64,000 nt of DNA from an uncultured delta proteobacterium (lineage in GTDB: Bacteria > Desulfobacterota > Binatia > UBA9968): NCBI GenBank assembly GCA_963771465.1, contig CAVYTU010000014.1, forward strand, positions 288,001 to 352,000, given 5' to 3'. Shown piece after piece: positions 11,571 to 21,488 of this stretch. Numbering within the stretch: position 1 is the first letter of the stretch; every line of letters starts with the position of its first letter. A model generated the notes under the pieces. That model was not told where the DNA came from. It searched no databases and saw only the letters and a program-made list of their open reading frames with translations. The translations under genes were made by a program, and so were the position numbers.

Positions 11571-12259
11571 GCCGCTGTGCGAACCTCATTCGGCCCCACG
11601 GTGCTTCAGTCATTCCCAACCGTCTTGCAATGTAACGATCGACGATCATCATGGATAAGGCAAATCGACAAAGAACGATACGAGATTCTAGCTGCCGACA
11701 ATCACACCGCTGAGATAGAAACAAACCGAGAACTGAGGCTGCTGTTGCACATTTATACTGGCTCTAAATGTGTCTCTTCTCGTTAATTCGATAGGAATTC
11801 TAAAATCCTTTCTCTCTAATAAAAAAATTCACTTCCCCGCTCAATCAGCATCAACTCCGACCTTCGCCTCAGATCTCTCTTGACACTCAGAGCGATTTGC
11901 TTTGAAGTACACCAACCTCGATTTTCAAACGAGCACAAAGGGCATCGCTTTTGGGAGGGATTGAAACAAAGTGGATCACTTGAAACATTCCTGGCCGGGG
12001 CTCGGCACACTATGTCGCTTTTGCTCCCATTCTAAATGTTACGATTGTGTCGAAGTGTCGTCGAGCATCCTTGCCTGCTGCAAATGCAGAGCAAGAGCGG
12101 TCAAGCGACTCGTACACCTGAGCGACCGACGGGGTGATTCAACCAATGACGAGTAAGTTTGGGGCCACCTTTGTTACGATTTAACTAACTATCTGCCACA
12201 CTACAAAACTTAAATACTAGTGTGGACCAAGAAATTCTTGATTTTCCCATTTTTGAATC

Positions 12260-12275
12260 TGGCTTAGGGATTGCG
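12260..12275 (+). promoter_or_regulatory. Sigma54 promoter
   Basis: TGGCTT-AGGGA-TTGCG (GG-N10-GC), 30 bp upstream of the ATG at 12305. Confidence 0.65.
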
Positions 12276-12304
12276 TTCCTACCGACCGACTTCGGAATCG
12301 GGAT

Positions 12305-12802
12305 ATGGCGTCTTCCACTGAATCATACGCTCAATCACTTAGAGTCATCGGCCAGGCATTGGAGACTCTCCGGATCAATGCTTTCACGTTAGAGACAGAT
12401 GGTAACAAATATGTCGTGCGTGGCTGGGAAACCAGCTTTCTGAAAAGCGTCGGTGATGAGGTTTGGCGAACGGGCGATTTCGGACAAATGCCTTCACCAC
12501 AAGAAAAATCTGAGAACTTTCTGATTTATGCCAATTCAGACACTCAACGTCTCGAAAAACAAGGTCGCTCAAGACGCGGCTCAAATGAAAACCTGGACAC
12601 GCATACGATTTCTTCAGGCCTGCGTTTAGTAGGTGACTACTTAGATCAAAAAGGCGCCGTGACTTTCAATATCCAGTGGTCCATTGAATCAGTAAGAGTT
12701 AGATTCGAAGCGGCCTCCGGTGACCCAAAAGAAACAAGCTTCACAATGCAAAACCTGAAGGACCTCGCTGTGGTTATGTACTTGCGCAGGTCCAGGCGAT
12801 GA
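12305..12802 (+). CDS. Hypothetical protein with an internal duplication
   Basis: 165-aa ORF with the motif LRxxGxxL[ED] twice (LRVIGQALE, LRLVGDYLD); sigma54 promoter upstream. Confidence 0.7.
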   Translation: MASSTESYAQSLRVIGQALETLRINAFTLETDGNKYVVRGWETSFLKSVGDEVWRTGDFGQMPSPQEKSENFLIYANSDTQRLEKQGRSRRGSNENLDTHTISSGLRLVGDYLDQKGAVTFNIQWSIESVRVRFEAASGDPKETSFTMQNLKDLAVVMYLRRSRR

Positions 12803-12872
12803 CGTTGACTCCCCGAATCGAAGTTTTTCGGCATGTTGCACACCGTTTGTAGAGAACGCATTCACCGGCAGG

Positions 12873-13673
12873 TCAGGCGATCAAAAAGCCACCGTCCACC
12901 ACGATTGTCTGTCCGGTGAGATAGTCGCTCGCCGGCGCCGCGAGAAAAACCGCAGTTCCAACGAGATCGGCTGGATAACCGCGCCGGCGCCATCGGCACA
13001 CGGTTGTGAAACGCGGTCGTGAAGGCCGGATCATCGAACCTCGCTCTCGTCAGATCGGTCTCTATGTAGCCAGGGGCGAGGCAATTAACGCAAATTCCTT
13101 CGGCTGCCCATTCCACGGCCAACGTGCTCGTCACTCCCATCACGCCTCTCTTGCTCGCCGCATAGGGCGCGACATGCGAATGCCCATCTCACCGGCGATG
13201 CTGCCGATGTTGATAATCTTCCCCTTGCCCCGATTATTCTCGGCAGCGAAGCGGCGGGTCTCGAGCCAATATCGGCCGACGGCCTGCGAGGTGAAGAACA
13301 GCGCTTTCAGATTCAGATTGAGCACGGCGTCCCAATCCTCTTCAGTGATCTCCGTTGACGGCTTGCGACGGTTGACGCCAGCAACGTTTACGAGAATATC
13401 GATCTGGCCCAGGCGAGATAGGACGTCGCGCACGAGCGGCTGAATCGCCGCCACACGCGAAACATCGGCGGCAAACGCTTCTGCTCTCGCGCCCAAGGCG
13501 CGGATCTCTTCCGCAGTCTGAAGCAGATCCGCCTGCGTACGACTGGAAAGCGCAACGCTCGCGCCCGCCTCCGCGAGTCCCTGAGCGATCCCCCGCCCTA
13601 TACCGCGAGAGGCTCCGACAACGAGCGCCACGCGCCCGGAGAGATCGAACAGAGGCGAGGCTACGTTATTCAT
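12873..13673 (-). CDS. SDR family oxidoreductase (gluconate 5-dehydrogenase/KduD-like); two frameshifts
   Basis: GASRGIG, 'ILVNVAG' and 'IINIGS'. YxxxK (PYAASK) is recovered after a shift near 13175, and the C-terminus 'DYLTGQTIVVDGGFLIA*' after a shift near 12980. Confidence 0.8.
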
Positions 13674-15289
13674 CGACCAGCCTCTCGCAATTTATTGGCG
13701 ATTTTTTCGATTACTTTTTTAGGTAAGAACGGTATTTCTAGCTTCTCCGTCATTCGTGTCGTATCGAGTACGATATTGCCATGCTCGGCGAATTCAACAT
13801 CCTGATCAGGCCGGAATCTTGTTGAGAGCGCCCAGATGATTTGATTCGTATTCTCAAGATCAATGTCTTCGTCTACTACTATATTGACTCTCCCGATGTT
13901 CGCTTTCTTGTGGGAAAAAACCACCTCAGAATTACCAGAGACGAGTTTCACCACGTCCTTCTCCACAACTTTGCGGTATTCTAGACCGGCGTTTTTTGTC
14001 ACGATTATCATTTTTCCATTTGTTCCCTGTGGAGTTGAAGACGGATCGAGTTTTATGCAGAAGACGTCGGAAATAATGTGTACGTTTTCTCCGTACCGCG
14101 CACCGGTGACTGAGAGGTTGGCCAGAAATCTTTCCAGTTCCAGCTCGCAATCTCCTTCGTTGACCATGACTATTTTCGAAAGCAACGCATTTAAAGCCAA
14201 AAGCCCCAGTCCCGCCTGCTTTGCAATGCCGGGTTCAGGATTTGGCAACGAGCAGAGTGCCAGAAAAGTCGCGGAAATAAGCGGCCAGTCGATTTTATAT
14301 CTTGTGCCGGGCGGCAAAACCTCAGCCATCATCCTGCTGATCTTTGCGTTGCGTGGCGTGGTGAAGAGGCCGATATGTTCGTATGAATCGGACGGCTGGA
14401 TGTCATAGTAGATCGGCCTCGACCTCCGCAAGATCGCTTTGACCTTGGCGACGCTGCCCGTTGTTCGCGCGGCCATGTAGCCGGTGAATTCGCCGCAGGG
14501 TCCTTCGTGATAATACTCGTTGGGGATAACCTCTGCTTCGATCACGATCTCCGCCTCCGACGGGATAGGTACATGGTTCGTCACCCCGTTGGTGAAGGTC
14601 GCGCCGATCAGGTTTGCCGCAATCGCATACTCATTCTCGATAAACGATGCTGCTAGCAGGTAAAATACTGGATGGGCACCGACGACCACGGAAACTTGCA
14701 GCCGATCTCGCCTTTGGGCCGCGGATTGCACGTAGCGCCAGAAATGACCTCTACTCCCCATGTCGAAAGCGTATGTGTCCTTGTCGATGATCTGAATTCG
14801 AGTAAAACTCATGTTGATCGTTTCAGGAGATATCGGATCTCTTGCGACGGCGAGGCCGGCGGTGATGTATCTACCGAATCCGGTGTGGGAACCATCACCG
14901 GAATAGTGTTTAACAACGGGAAGTCTATAGAGGTCGACATCCTTCCCTTCAAAAACTCGTTCTTTGATTGGCGGGCTCTCGTCGGATATTCGGATCTCGC
15001 CCTTTGAGTTCAAGGCTTCATTCCAGGCTTCGTAAAACTTGGATTCGTAGTCGAGTCCTAGCGCAAACGCCATCCTTGCTCTTGATCCCATGACATTGGT
15101 CACAAGCTGGAAATCCGGGTAACCTTTGACTTTGGAAAACCAGATTAACGGGTTCTTTTCTTCCAGCAGTTTGTAATAAGCAGTAGGTTCGTATTCCACG
15201 TCGACTTCCTCGTCTACGAGGAATACATCCTCCGGATGATGTCGTCTGAACTGGTCCAAGAACTCGCCGAGAGAAGATGTTCGGTTCAT
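13670..15289 (-). CDS. UbiD family (prFMN-dependent) decarboxylase
   Basis: 'GRYITAG', 'SFTRIQ', 'AEIVIE...EGPCGEFTGY' and 'VDEDID...IIWALSTRFRP'. Confidence 0.85.
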   Translation of the reverse strand: MNRTSSLGEFLDQFRRHHPEDVFLVDEEVDVEYEPTAYYKLLEEKNPLIWFSKVKGYPDFQLVTNVMGSRARMAFALGLDYESKFYEAWNEALNSKGEIRISDESPPIKERVFEGKDVDLYRLPVVKHYSGDGSHTGFGRYITAGLAVARDPISPETINMSFTRIQIIDKDTYAFDMGSRGHFWRYVQSAAQRRDRLQVSVVVGAHPVFYLLAASFIENEYAIAANLIGATFTNGVTNHVPIPSEAEIVIEAEVIPNEYYHEGPCGEFTGYMAARTTGSVAKVKAILRRSRPIYYDIQPSDSYEHIGLFTTPRNAKISRMMAEVLPPGTRYKIDWPLISATFLALCSLPNPEPGIAKQAGLGLLALNALLSKIVMVNEGDCELELERFLANLSVTGARYGENVHIISDVFCIKLDPSSTPQGTNGKMIIVTKNAGLEYRKVVEKDVVKLVSGNSEVVFSHKKANIGRVNIVVDEDIDLENTNQIIWALSTRFRPDQDVEFAEHGNIVLDTTRMTEKLEIPFLPKKVIEKIANKLREAGR

Positions 15290-15336
15290 AGGTCACCGGC
15301 GTCCTTCGTAATCGTTACTCGGCCATGCATCAAGGG

Positions 15337-15492
15337 CTAACAGCGGCTTTCGCCCGCCGACAATAAAACTAGGCTCGACGAAAAGGAACACTCCTCGGCG
15401 CTCCGCCTGCGTACGACCGAGAGCGCAACGCTCGCGCCCACTTCCGCGAGGCCTTGAGCGACTGTCTGTACCTTTTCAACGTTGCCATTCAT
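15337..15492 (-). pseudogene. Chimeric remnant: flavoprotein 5' end fused to an SDR internal fragment
   Basis: Reads MNGNVEKVQT (compare MNGNVEQVET at 25577) followed by VAQGLAEVGASVALS (compare IAQGLAEAGASVALS in the SDR). Confidence 0.75.
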
Positions 15493-15617
15493 AAAACTCC
15501 GTTGACTAGCGTCTAGTCAGGTGCGGTTTACTGACTCACGCAATAGAAAAACTGGAGCCTGGAAAAGACTCCCGGTATGTTTTTTCTCCGTAAAGGTTTT
15601 AACGATCCAGGCTACCT

Positions 15618-16026
15618 CTAACCGGTCCGTTGTTTAGCAAACTGCTTTACCGATTGCAGATCATTGACCCAGTCGCGCGCGGACCGGCACCACCCTTGTG
15701 TTTTTGGCCTCAGCTCGGCTCGCTGGCGCGCCGTACCGACGCGGAGATTAAACACCTGCGGGTCGCTCACCGCCGCCGAATAAATCGGCGTGCCACACTT
15801 CGGACAAAATGTTTGCGTGCGCTTCGCGCCGCTTTCGGCGGTCTTTACATAAATATTCGGTTGCTCCATGTAAATGAAATGTTTCTTTATTGGCGCGCAC
15901 ACTGGTGCGAAAGGCGGAACCGGTTAGAGTCTGGCAATCCGTGCAATGGCATATTCCAACAGTTTCAGGATCGATTTCCGCACTGTAAGTGATATTCCCG
16001 CAATGGCACCCGCCGTCGATCTTCAT
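15618..16026 (-). CDS. GFA family (CENP-V/Mss4-like) Zn protein; frameshift near 15870
   Basis: GGCHCG, CHCTDCQ and FCPKCGTPIY split across two frames; GAGGAG RBS. Confidence 0.85.
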
Positions 16027-16270
16027 ATCGTTCTCCTCGTTAATACTAGCGTGATCACCAGTAGGATTATTACTTAACTTCTATATTGTGAATTGTTGTT
16101 GCAAAACCCCACTAACGCGACTCGATTAATTTGCTGACACCCCGTTTGTCCGGCCCTCCACCAATCAACGTTTTCTTTGAGTCCCCATTTTTAAGGTAGA
16201 AGAATTTTTGCCCTGTCCTGCCAAATTTACGCGCTGAATGCGAGGCACGATACCGCGCCGCCCAGACCTG

Positions 16271-16290
16271 AAAAGCCGGTCTCTCGGCTG
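16271..16290 (-). terminator. Rho-independent terminator after the serine hydrolase
   Basis: Minus strand AGCCG-AGAGAC-CGGCT followed by TTT, just after the stop codon. Confidence 0.5.
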
Positions 16291-16304
16291 GACCCAGGAA
16301 CTAA

Positions 16305-17570
16305 TCAATCGGCGATCGCTTGAAGTACCAACGACGTGATGACCTGCCGATTGCGAAAACGGATTGCACCTGGCGTTGCCGCCATGAATACGACGGCCAG
16401 TTCCTCTTTCGGATCAACCCAAAAATATGTCCCGTTTCCACCGCTCCAGTGATAATCGCCGGGCGATCCCATCGTACCCGCGATACCGTAGCCGCGGCGC
16501 ACGGCAACGCTAAGGCCAAATCCATAACCGTTGATGTTTGGGTAGTCACGCAAGCGATCAATATTCACCTCTGGACCAAGCTGATCTGCCGTCATGAATT
16601 CAACAGTCTTGCGACTCAGGATGCGCATGCCGTCGAGTGTGCCGCGATTGAGCAACATCTGGGCAAATCGGAGATAATCGCTGGCCGTCGACAATGCGCA
16701 GGCGCCGCCACAATCGAACTTACGCGGCTGGCGGCGATCCCCAGCGACTTGTCTGCTGCCAGTCTCAGACTCCGCGGGCAAGACCCTCGCGATCCGTCTT
16801 GCCTTGTCGGCAGTCAGCACGAACTCGGTGTCGACCATCCCCAGCGGCGCAAAAAGCCGCTCACTTAGGAATCGAGAAAGTGGCTGCTTAGTCACGGCCT
16901 CGATAACAAGGCCGAGAACATCAAGCCCAAAGCTGTAGTCCCACGCAAGACCTGGCTGGTAGTGCAGAGGCAGCGATGCCAGCTTCTCAATGAACTGCAG
17001 TCCGGTAAGATTGCCAGATGCATCCCACGACCCTGGGGGATACATCTTGTAGAGTTCACTTGTGCCTCGATTGCCGTACGTCACGCCAGCAGTGTGTCGC
17101 ATGAGATCTTGAATCGTCGGTTGTCGCCTGGCAGCTTCGGTGCCCGTCGCTGTTCCAGGGCGCGTCACGGCCACTGACATCCTGCCCAGCTGTGGCAAGT
17201 ACTCGCCGACCGGATCATTCAGGAGAAGACGACCCTCTTCGACGAGCATCAACGCTCCCACTGTCGTCAGCGGCTTGGTCATCGAGGCGATGGGGAAGAT
17301 GGCGTCCTTGGGCATCGGAGTGCCAGCCGTCTTGTTTAGAAAGCCGAACGCTTCGTAGTAAACAAGCTTTCCTTTACGAGCAATGGCAACGACGGCTCCT
17401 GGCATGCGACCGTTCTCGATATCGGCCAGCATTATCGGGGCAATGCGTTGGAGGCGTTGAGATGACATGCCTACTGCCTCAGGCTTCGCCACCGGAATCT
17501 GCTGCGCATACAACGGGCGTGTGCTAACAGCGCCGAGCACCGCCGCGACTAAGGCTAAACAGATTCTCAT
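16305..17570 (-). CDS. Serine hydrolase, beta-lactamase/EstB family, secreted
   Basis: SxxK (ASMTK), 'LMRHTAG', 'WDYS', 'WSGGNGTYFWVDP'; signal peptide. Confidence 0.9.
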   Translation of the reverse strand: MRICLALVAAVLGAVSTRPLYAQQIPVAKPEAVGMSSQRLQRIAPIMLADIENGRMPGAVVAIARKGKLVYYEAFGFLNKTAGTPMPKDAIFPIASMTKPLTTVGALMLVEEGRLLLNDPVGEYLPQLGRMSVAVTRPGTATGTEAARRQPTIQDLMRHTAGVTYGNRGTSELYKMYPPGSWDASGNLTGLQFIEKLASLPLHYQPGLAWDYSFGLDVLGLVIEAVTKQPLSRFLSERLFAPLGMVDTEFVLTADKARRIARVLPAESETGSRQVAGDRRQPRKFDCGGACALSTASDYLRFAQMLLNRGTLDGMRILSRKTVEFMTADQLGPEVNIDRLRDYPNINGYGFGLSVAVRRGYGIAGTMGSPGDYHWSGGNGTYFWVDPKEELAVVFMAATPGAIRFRNRQVITSLVLQAIAD

Positions 17571-17573
17571 ATC

Positions 17574-17732
17574 CTATTCTTCCCCCTTCCCCCAGTAATG
17601 CGAGCCTGGCGTATAAGTTATATCAATATCGAGACCATGCCGTTCGAAAATTTTATTCTCCCTACCGGCGTGCACCGGAAGGTTATAGCCGGCCCGGAAT
17701 TGGATCAGTCTAAGTTTAGTGAGACTGGCCAT
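17574..17732 (-). pseudogene. 5' stub of an NMT1/SsuA-like ABC substrate-binding protein
   Basis: MASLTKLRLIQFRAGYNLPVHAGRENKIFERHGLDIDITYTPGS, truncated directly before the serine hydrolase start. Confidence 0.65.
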
Positions 17733-18267
17733 GGGAGTCTCTTGAAGACTTAGTAAATAATAGACGGCATATAAGAGCCATCGGGGTCCTGATACTCGCC
17801 CATCGCCATCAACGTCATCGGCAATACCGCCCGAAACCTTTCTTTTAAACACCAGCGAAAAAGCTTTGACTGCCGGACCAGCAACAGAAACGACAACGGT
17901 TCCGAATCCTTGGCCGCAGCGCCCAGCAACAGCGATTTCATATCTTACAAGATAGAAACGCAACTGGAGCGTCTTAACAGTCGACCGTAAATCGAGATAC
18001 AATTGCCAGAGAGCTGACACGTAATAAGCCTCCCCAACATTGAGCAGCCATGGCATGATCTGAGGCCAAACTGAAGTAACCGAATCTATTCTTCTGAGAT
18101 GGCAATGAACAGAAGAATTTAGGCTAGCCGCCTTGGCAATCGAGAACTGTGTTTGGCCTCTTTGTTTTTGCCACCGACTAAATATCGATTCAATGCTCGC
18201 GCTTCGCAATAGGTTACGGGGCGAACCTTTACCGATGAAAATAACCGGTTAAAAACCAAGGAGAGGC

Positions 18268-19272
18268 ATGATGAAAAAAAGTCTTCTGCTTCTTTTTCTG
18301 CTTGCATTAAGTGGGGCGCTGAACATAGCTGAAGCACAGCCTTTGGCGATTCGAGTCGGTTACACTGCGCTCTCGGGCGCGTTCGCGCCACTCTGGATGG
18401 CAAAGGAATTAAGTTTGTTTGAACGACAGGGCATCCAGTCCACGCCAATCTACATGGCTGCGACACTTGCTTATCAAGCCATGCTGGCCCGGGAGACCGA
18501 CTTTACGGTTGGAACTGGCATTCCATCCGTGCAGGCTCGTGTGGGCGGAGCGGATCCGCTGATTGTGGTCACTTATATCAGCGGCTTCAACTTTTATGTT
18601 ATCGCTCGCCCGTCGGTTCAACAACCAGCCGACCTACGAGGCAGGCGCATTGGAGTCAATCGATTTGGCACGGGCACGGACTTCGGTGCACGGCTTGCAC
18701 TAAAGCGATGGGGCCTGGTTGCGGGCAAGGATGTGACGATCATCCAGGTAGGCGGGTACCCAGAGGGGATCGCGGCCCTCAAGGGAGATTCGGTGCAGGC
18801 CGTCGTCTTGGCACCACCATTTTCGACGGAAGCTAAACGTCTCGGGATGATCGAACTCCTCGATTTCAACCAGAGTGATATTGACTTTGCCGGTGTCGGT
18901 CTCAGTACCACAGCTCGCTATGTCAGCGCCCGTGACGATGCCACGCGTCGGGTTGTGCGCGCCTTGGTTGAAGGAATTTGGGCATTCAAGGGCAACAAAG
19001 AACACGCTCTTCGTGTCATAGGAAAATATACGCGCATGACGGATCCAAACCTTTTAGAAGACGCCTATCAGACCTACAGGAAAGGCATCCGATTAGTTCC
19101 TCGGACAACCGAGACGGGGGTTCGAAATGTCCTTGACGCGGTCGCTGAACAAAACCCAAAAGCCAGGAGTGCGAACCCGCAGGATTTCTACACCAACCGC
19201 TTTATCGATGAACTCGAACAAACGGGCTTCATGCGCGAGTTAGCTGTCCGTTATCCTGAAGCCCTCCGTTGA
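18268..19272 (+). CDS. ABC transporter substrate-binding protein (NMT1/SsuA/THI5-like), orphan
   Basis: Signal peptide; 'PLWMAKELSLFERQG', 'DLRGRRIGVNRFGTGTD'; no permease nearby. Confidence 0.9.
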   Translation: MMKKSLLLLFLLALSGALNIAEAQPLAIRVGYTALSGAFAPLWMAKELSLFERQGIQSTPIYMAATLAYQAMLARETDFTVGTGIPSVQARVGGADPLIVVTYISGFNFYVIARPSVQQPADLRGRRIGVNRFGTGTDFGARLALKRWGLVAGKDVTIIQVGGYPEGIAALKGDSVQAVVLAPPFSTEAKRLGMIELLDFNQSDIDFAGVGLSTTARYVSARDDATRRVVRALVEGIWAFKGNKEHALRVIGKYTRMTDPNLLEDAYQTYRKGIRLVPRTTETGVRNVLDAVAEQNPKARSANPQDFYTNRFIDELEQTGFMRELAVRYPEALR

Positions 19273-19323
19273 TTCAAGCCGAGCCTTAGGTTTCGGTCAA
19301 CTGTTCTGCGAGTCGCTAGCAAC

Positions 19324-19683
19324 TTACTTTTTATCCAGAGGCGCCGCGCCTGGCCAATGGCCGACGTCGACGATGATGCCCTCGGGACCTTTAAATTTTT
19401 CTTCATAGGGAGACCGAGTGCTCTCTCTGACCGCGCCGGCCGCTTCCATCTTGCGGATCTGTGCCTGATCGTCCTCTGCAGAAAAACCTATATGGTCGAG
19501 ACCTGCTCTACGGCTTCTATTTGCGGCGAACGGAAGAATCGAAATATTTACCGAACCGTCGCTCAAATCGATGGCGCTGTCTTTCCGCTTTTGCACCATC
19601 GTCAAGCCCAGCGCATCGACGAAAAATTTCGCCATCGCTTCGACGTCCTCGGCGCGGTAAGAGATATGCCTTATTTTAGCCAT
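19324..19683 (-). CDS. VOC/glyoxalase family protein
   Basis: 'KIRHIS', 'FFVDALGL', 'GLDHIGF', 'GPEGIIVDV'. Confidence 0.85.
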   Translation of the reverse strand: MAKIRHISYRAEDVEAMAKFFVDALGLTMVQKRKDSAIDLSDGSVNISILPFAANRSRRAGLDHIGFSAEDDQAQIRKMEAAGAVRESTRSPYEEKFKGPEGIIVDVGHWPGAAPLDKK

Positions 19684-19699
19684 TGTTCACCTACTTGTT

Positions 19700-19947
19700 C
19701 ATTCGCGCGCCGTTTGTCGTTGCCGAAAAACGTATCGACGATGATGCGGCGACTTGGAGTCTCGACTACCAGTTCATGAATTGACAAACGCAGCTCACCG
19801 TTTTCGGTCATGAAGTGAGGCTTCAGCCTCGATGTCTTTGCAGGCTTGTGGAGTGGCATCCAACAAGAGAAAACGGTGCACGCTCCCCGCGAATTCCTTC
19901 CCGACGAACTTGGTGATCCGAACATCGCCGATTTGCCAGTGGCTCAC
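19700..19947 (-). pseudogene. 5' stub of an MBL-fold metallo-hydrolase
   Basis: VSHWQIGDVRITKFV...DATPQAC, then (shifted frame) LKPHFMTENGELRLSIHELVVETPSRRIIVDTFFGNDKRR. It ends before the HxHxDH motif. Confidence 0.7.
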
Positions 19948-19997
19948 TACGTCTTCCTTAAAAAATGAATTAGGACCGTTTGAGTCTGACTAGGCAC

Positions 19998-20906
19998 CTA
20001 AAACTCCATCAGGTCTTTGGCGACGATCACCTGACCGGAAAAATGTTTCTTTACCTCCGCGGCCCACGGCGCATAATCGCCGTCGAGTTTGTGTGTCAAG
20101 TGCGACAGCACCAAGGTCTTAACATTGGCCCGCGCGGCCATCTTCCCGATTTCGTCTAGAGCCATATGCCCCTGGGTCATCTGACGCGTGATGCCAGCCT
20201 GCTCGGCAGGGCTCATCGCTTGCCACCGACCATCGTCGAGCATCTCTTGCATGCGACCTTGGCACGAGGACGTTTCCGAGACGAGCAGATCGGCGCCTTT
20301 CGCAAGCTCGCTGACGGCATCGCTGGCCCCGGTATCCCCGGTAAACACAATCACGCGATCAAGCGTTTCGAAACGATAGGCATAGGACTTGTGCTTGCCG
20401 GCAGCCGGGCCTTCATGGAAAGCAAAATGGCTGTTTTCGACGGCCGTCACTTTGATGTTCGCGTCCTCGTAGATTGTTCCGGTACCGACATCATGACCGA
20501 AGAACACCTGGGCTATCGGCATGCTGCGACCTCCATCGGCAATCCTGATCTCCGCACTGATGGTGAAATACTGAACAGCGGCGGTCACCAGCTCTCTAGT
20601 CCTGGGCGGGCCATAGACATGGATCGGTTTGGTGCGATTTTGATCCCATGCAACCGACAGCAGTGTACCGAGACCGGCCGTGTGATCGTCGTGATGATGA
20701 GTGATAAAGACAGTTCCGATTTCTCGGACGTTAATCCCAGCTTTTGCAAGGCGCCGTGCGACCCCATCGCCCGCATCAACTATGTAATGCGTCCCGTTGA
20801 CGGTCAGGAGATTGGAGGACTGCGCTCGATGGGCTCGCGGTGGCGGGCCCCCTGACGTCCCTAGCGTGATAAGGCGGGTCCTTGTGTTCATAGGGTGGCT
20901 CTCCAT
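19998..20906 (-). CDS. MBL-fold metallo-hydrolase (RNase Z/arylsulfatase-like)
   Basis: 'LGTSGGP', 'VDAGDG', 'THHHDDH', 'FTGDT', 'LSHL'. Confidence 0.9.
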   Translation of the reverse strand: MESHPMNTRTRLITLGTSGGPPPRAHRAQSSNLLTVNGTHYIVDAGDGVARRLAKAGINVREIGTVFITHHHDDHTAGLGTLLSVAWDQNRTKPIHVYGPPRTRELVTAAVQYFTISAEIRIADGGRSMPIAQVFFGHDVGTGTIYEDANIKVTAVENSHFAFHEGPAAGKHKSYAYRFETLDRVIVFTGDTGASDAVSELAKGADLLVSETSSCQGRMQEMLDDGRWQAMSPAEQAGITRQMTQGHMALDEIGKMAARANVKTLVLSHLTHKLDGDYAPWAAEVKKHFSGQVIVAKDLMEF

Positions 20907-20961
20907 TACACTATGCTTTCGCGCGCTATCTTACCGATGGTCATCGCGACATGAACGGACC

Positions 20962-21414
20962 CTATGTCGGGACCACAAAATCGTATTTCGCGGCGATCGC
21001 CGCCAACTCTGGCGTCATGGACGTCGTGCCTGAGCGCATCGCGTCGGCGAGATCGCGCAGGTAGTTCTCCAAACCACCAGGAGCGCTGATGTTGAGGAAC
21101 CGCACCGGTTCGTCGCTGATGTTGGCGAACGTGTGTACGACGCCTGGAGGCACCAAGAAGTAACTTCCGGCAGACGCGTCGATCTCGCGATCGCCCACCG
21201 TCATGCGTAAGGTTCCTTCGAGAACGTAGAAGGTGTCCGTTGTATACCTGTGCGAGTGCGGGGGCGGTCCATTCATGCCGGCGGGGAAAGTCGCCTCCGA
21301 TATCGAGAAGGCGCCATCAGTCGTCTCCGCTGTGGCCTTCATGACGGCGGTACTGGCACCTGCCGCGATGCGCTCACCTTCCCCAGGTTGAAGAATGACG
21401 GGATTCATCGCCAC
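20962..21414 (-). CDS. Cupin domain protein
   Basis: 'GPPPHSH...FYVLEG...VPPGVVHTF'; AAGGAGG RBS (the start may be the ATG at 21408). Confidence 0.9.
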   Translation of the reverse strand: MAMNPVILQPGEGERIAAGASTAVMKATAETTDGAFSISEATFPAGMNGPPPHSHRYTTDTFYVLEGTLRMTVGDREIDASAGSYFLVPPGVVHTFANISDEPVRFLNISAPGGLENYLRDLADAMRSGTTSMTPELAAIAAKYDFVVPT

Positions 21415-21488
21415 CTCCTTTATCGACGACCCTAACGAAACAGCTCAATGCGATCGGAACTGCATCGCCCATCGTTTTATGTTGTTTC

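Noticed and set aside
17733-18209. Upstream part of ORF 17574..18209 as a real protein
   Set aside because: No recognisable motif; only the last ~52 codons resemble a known family.
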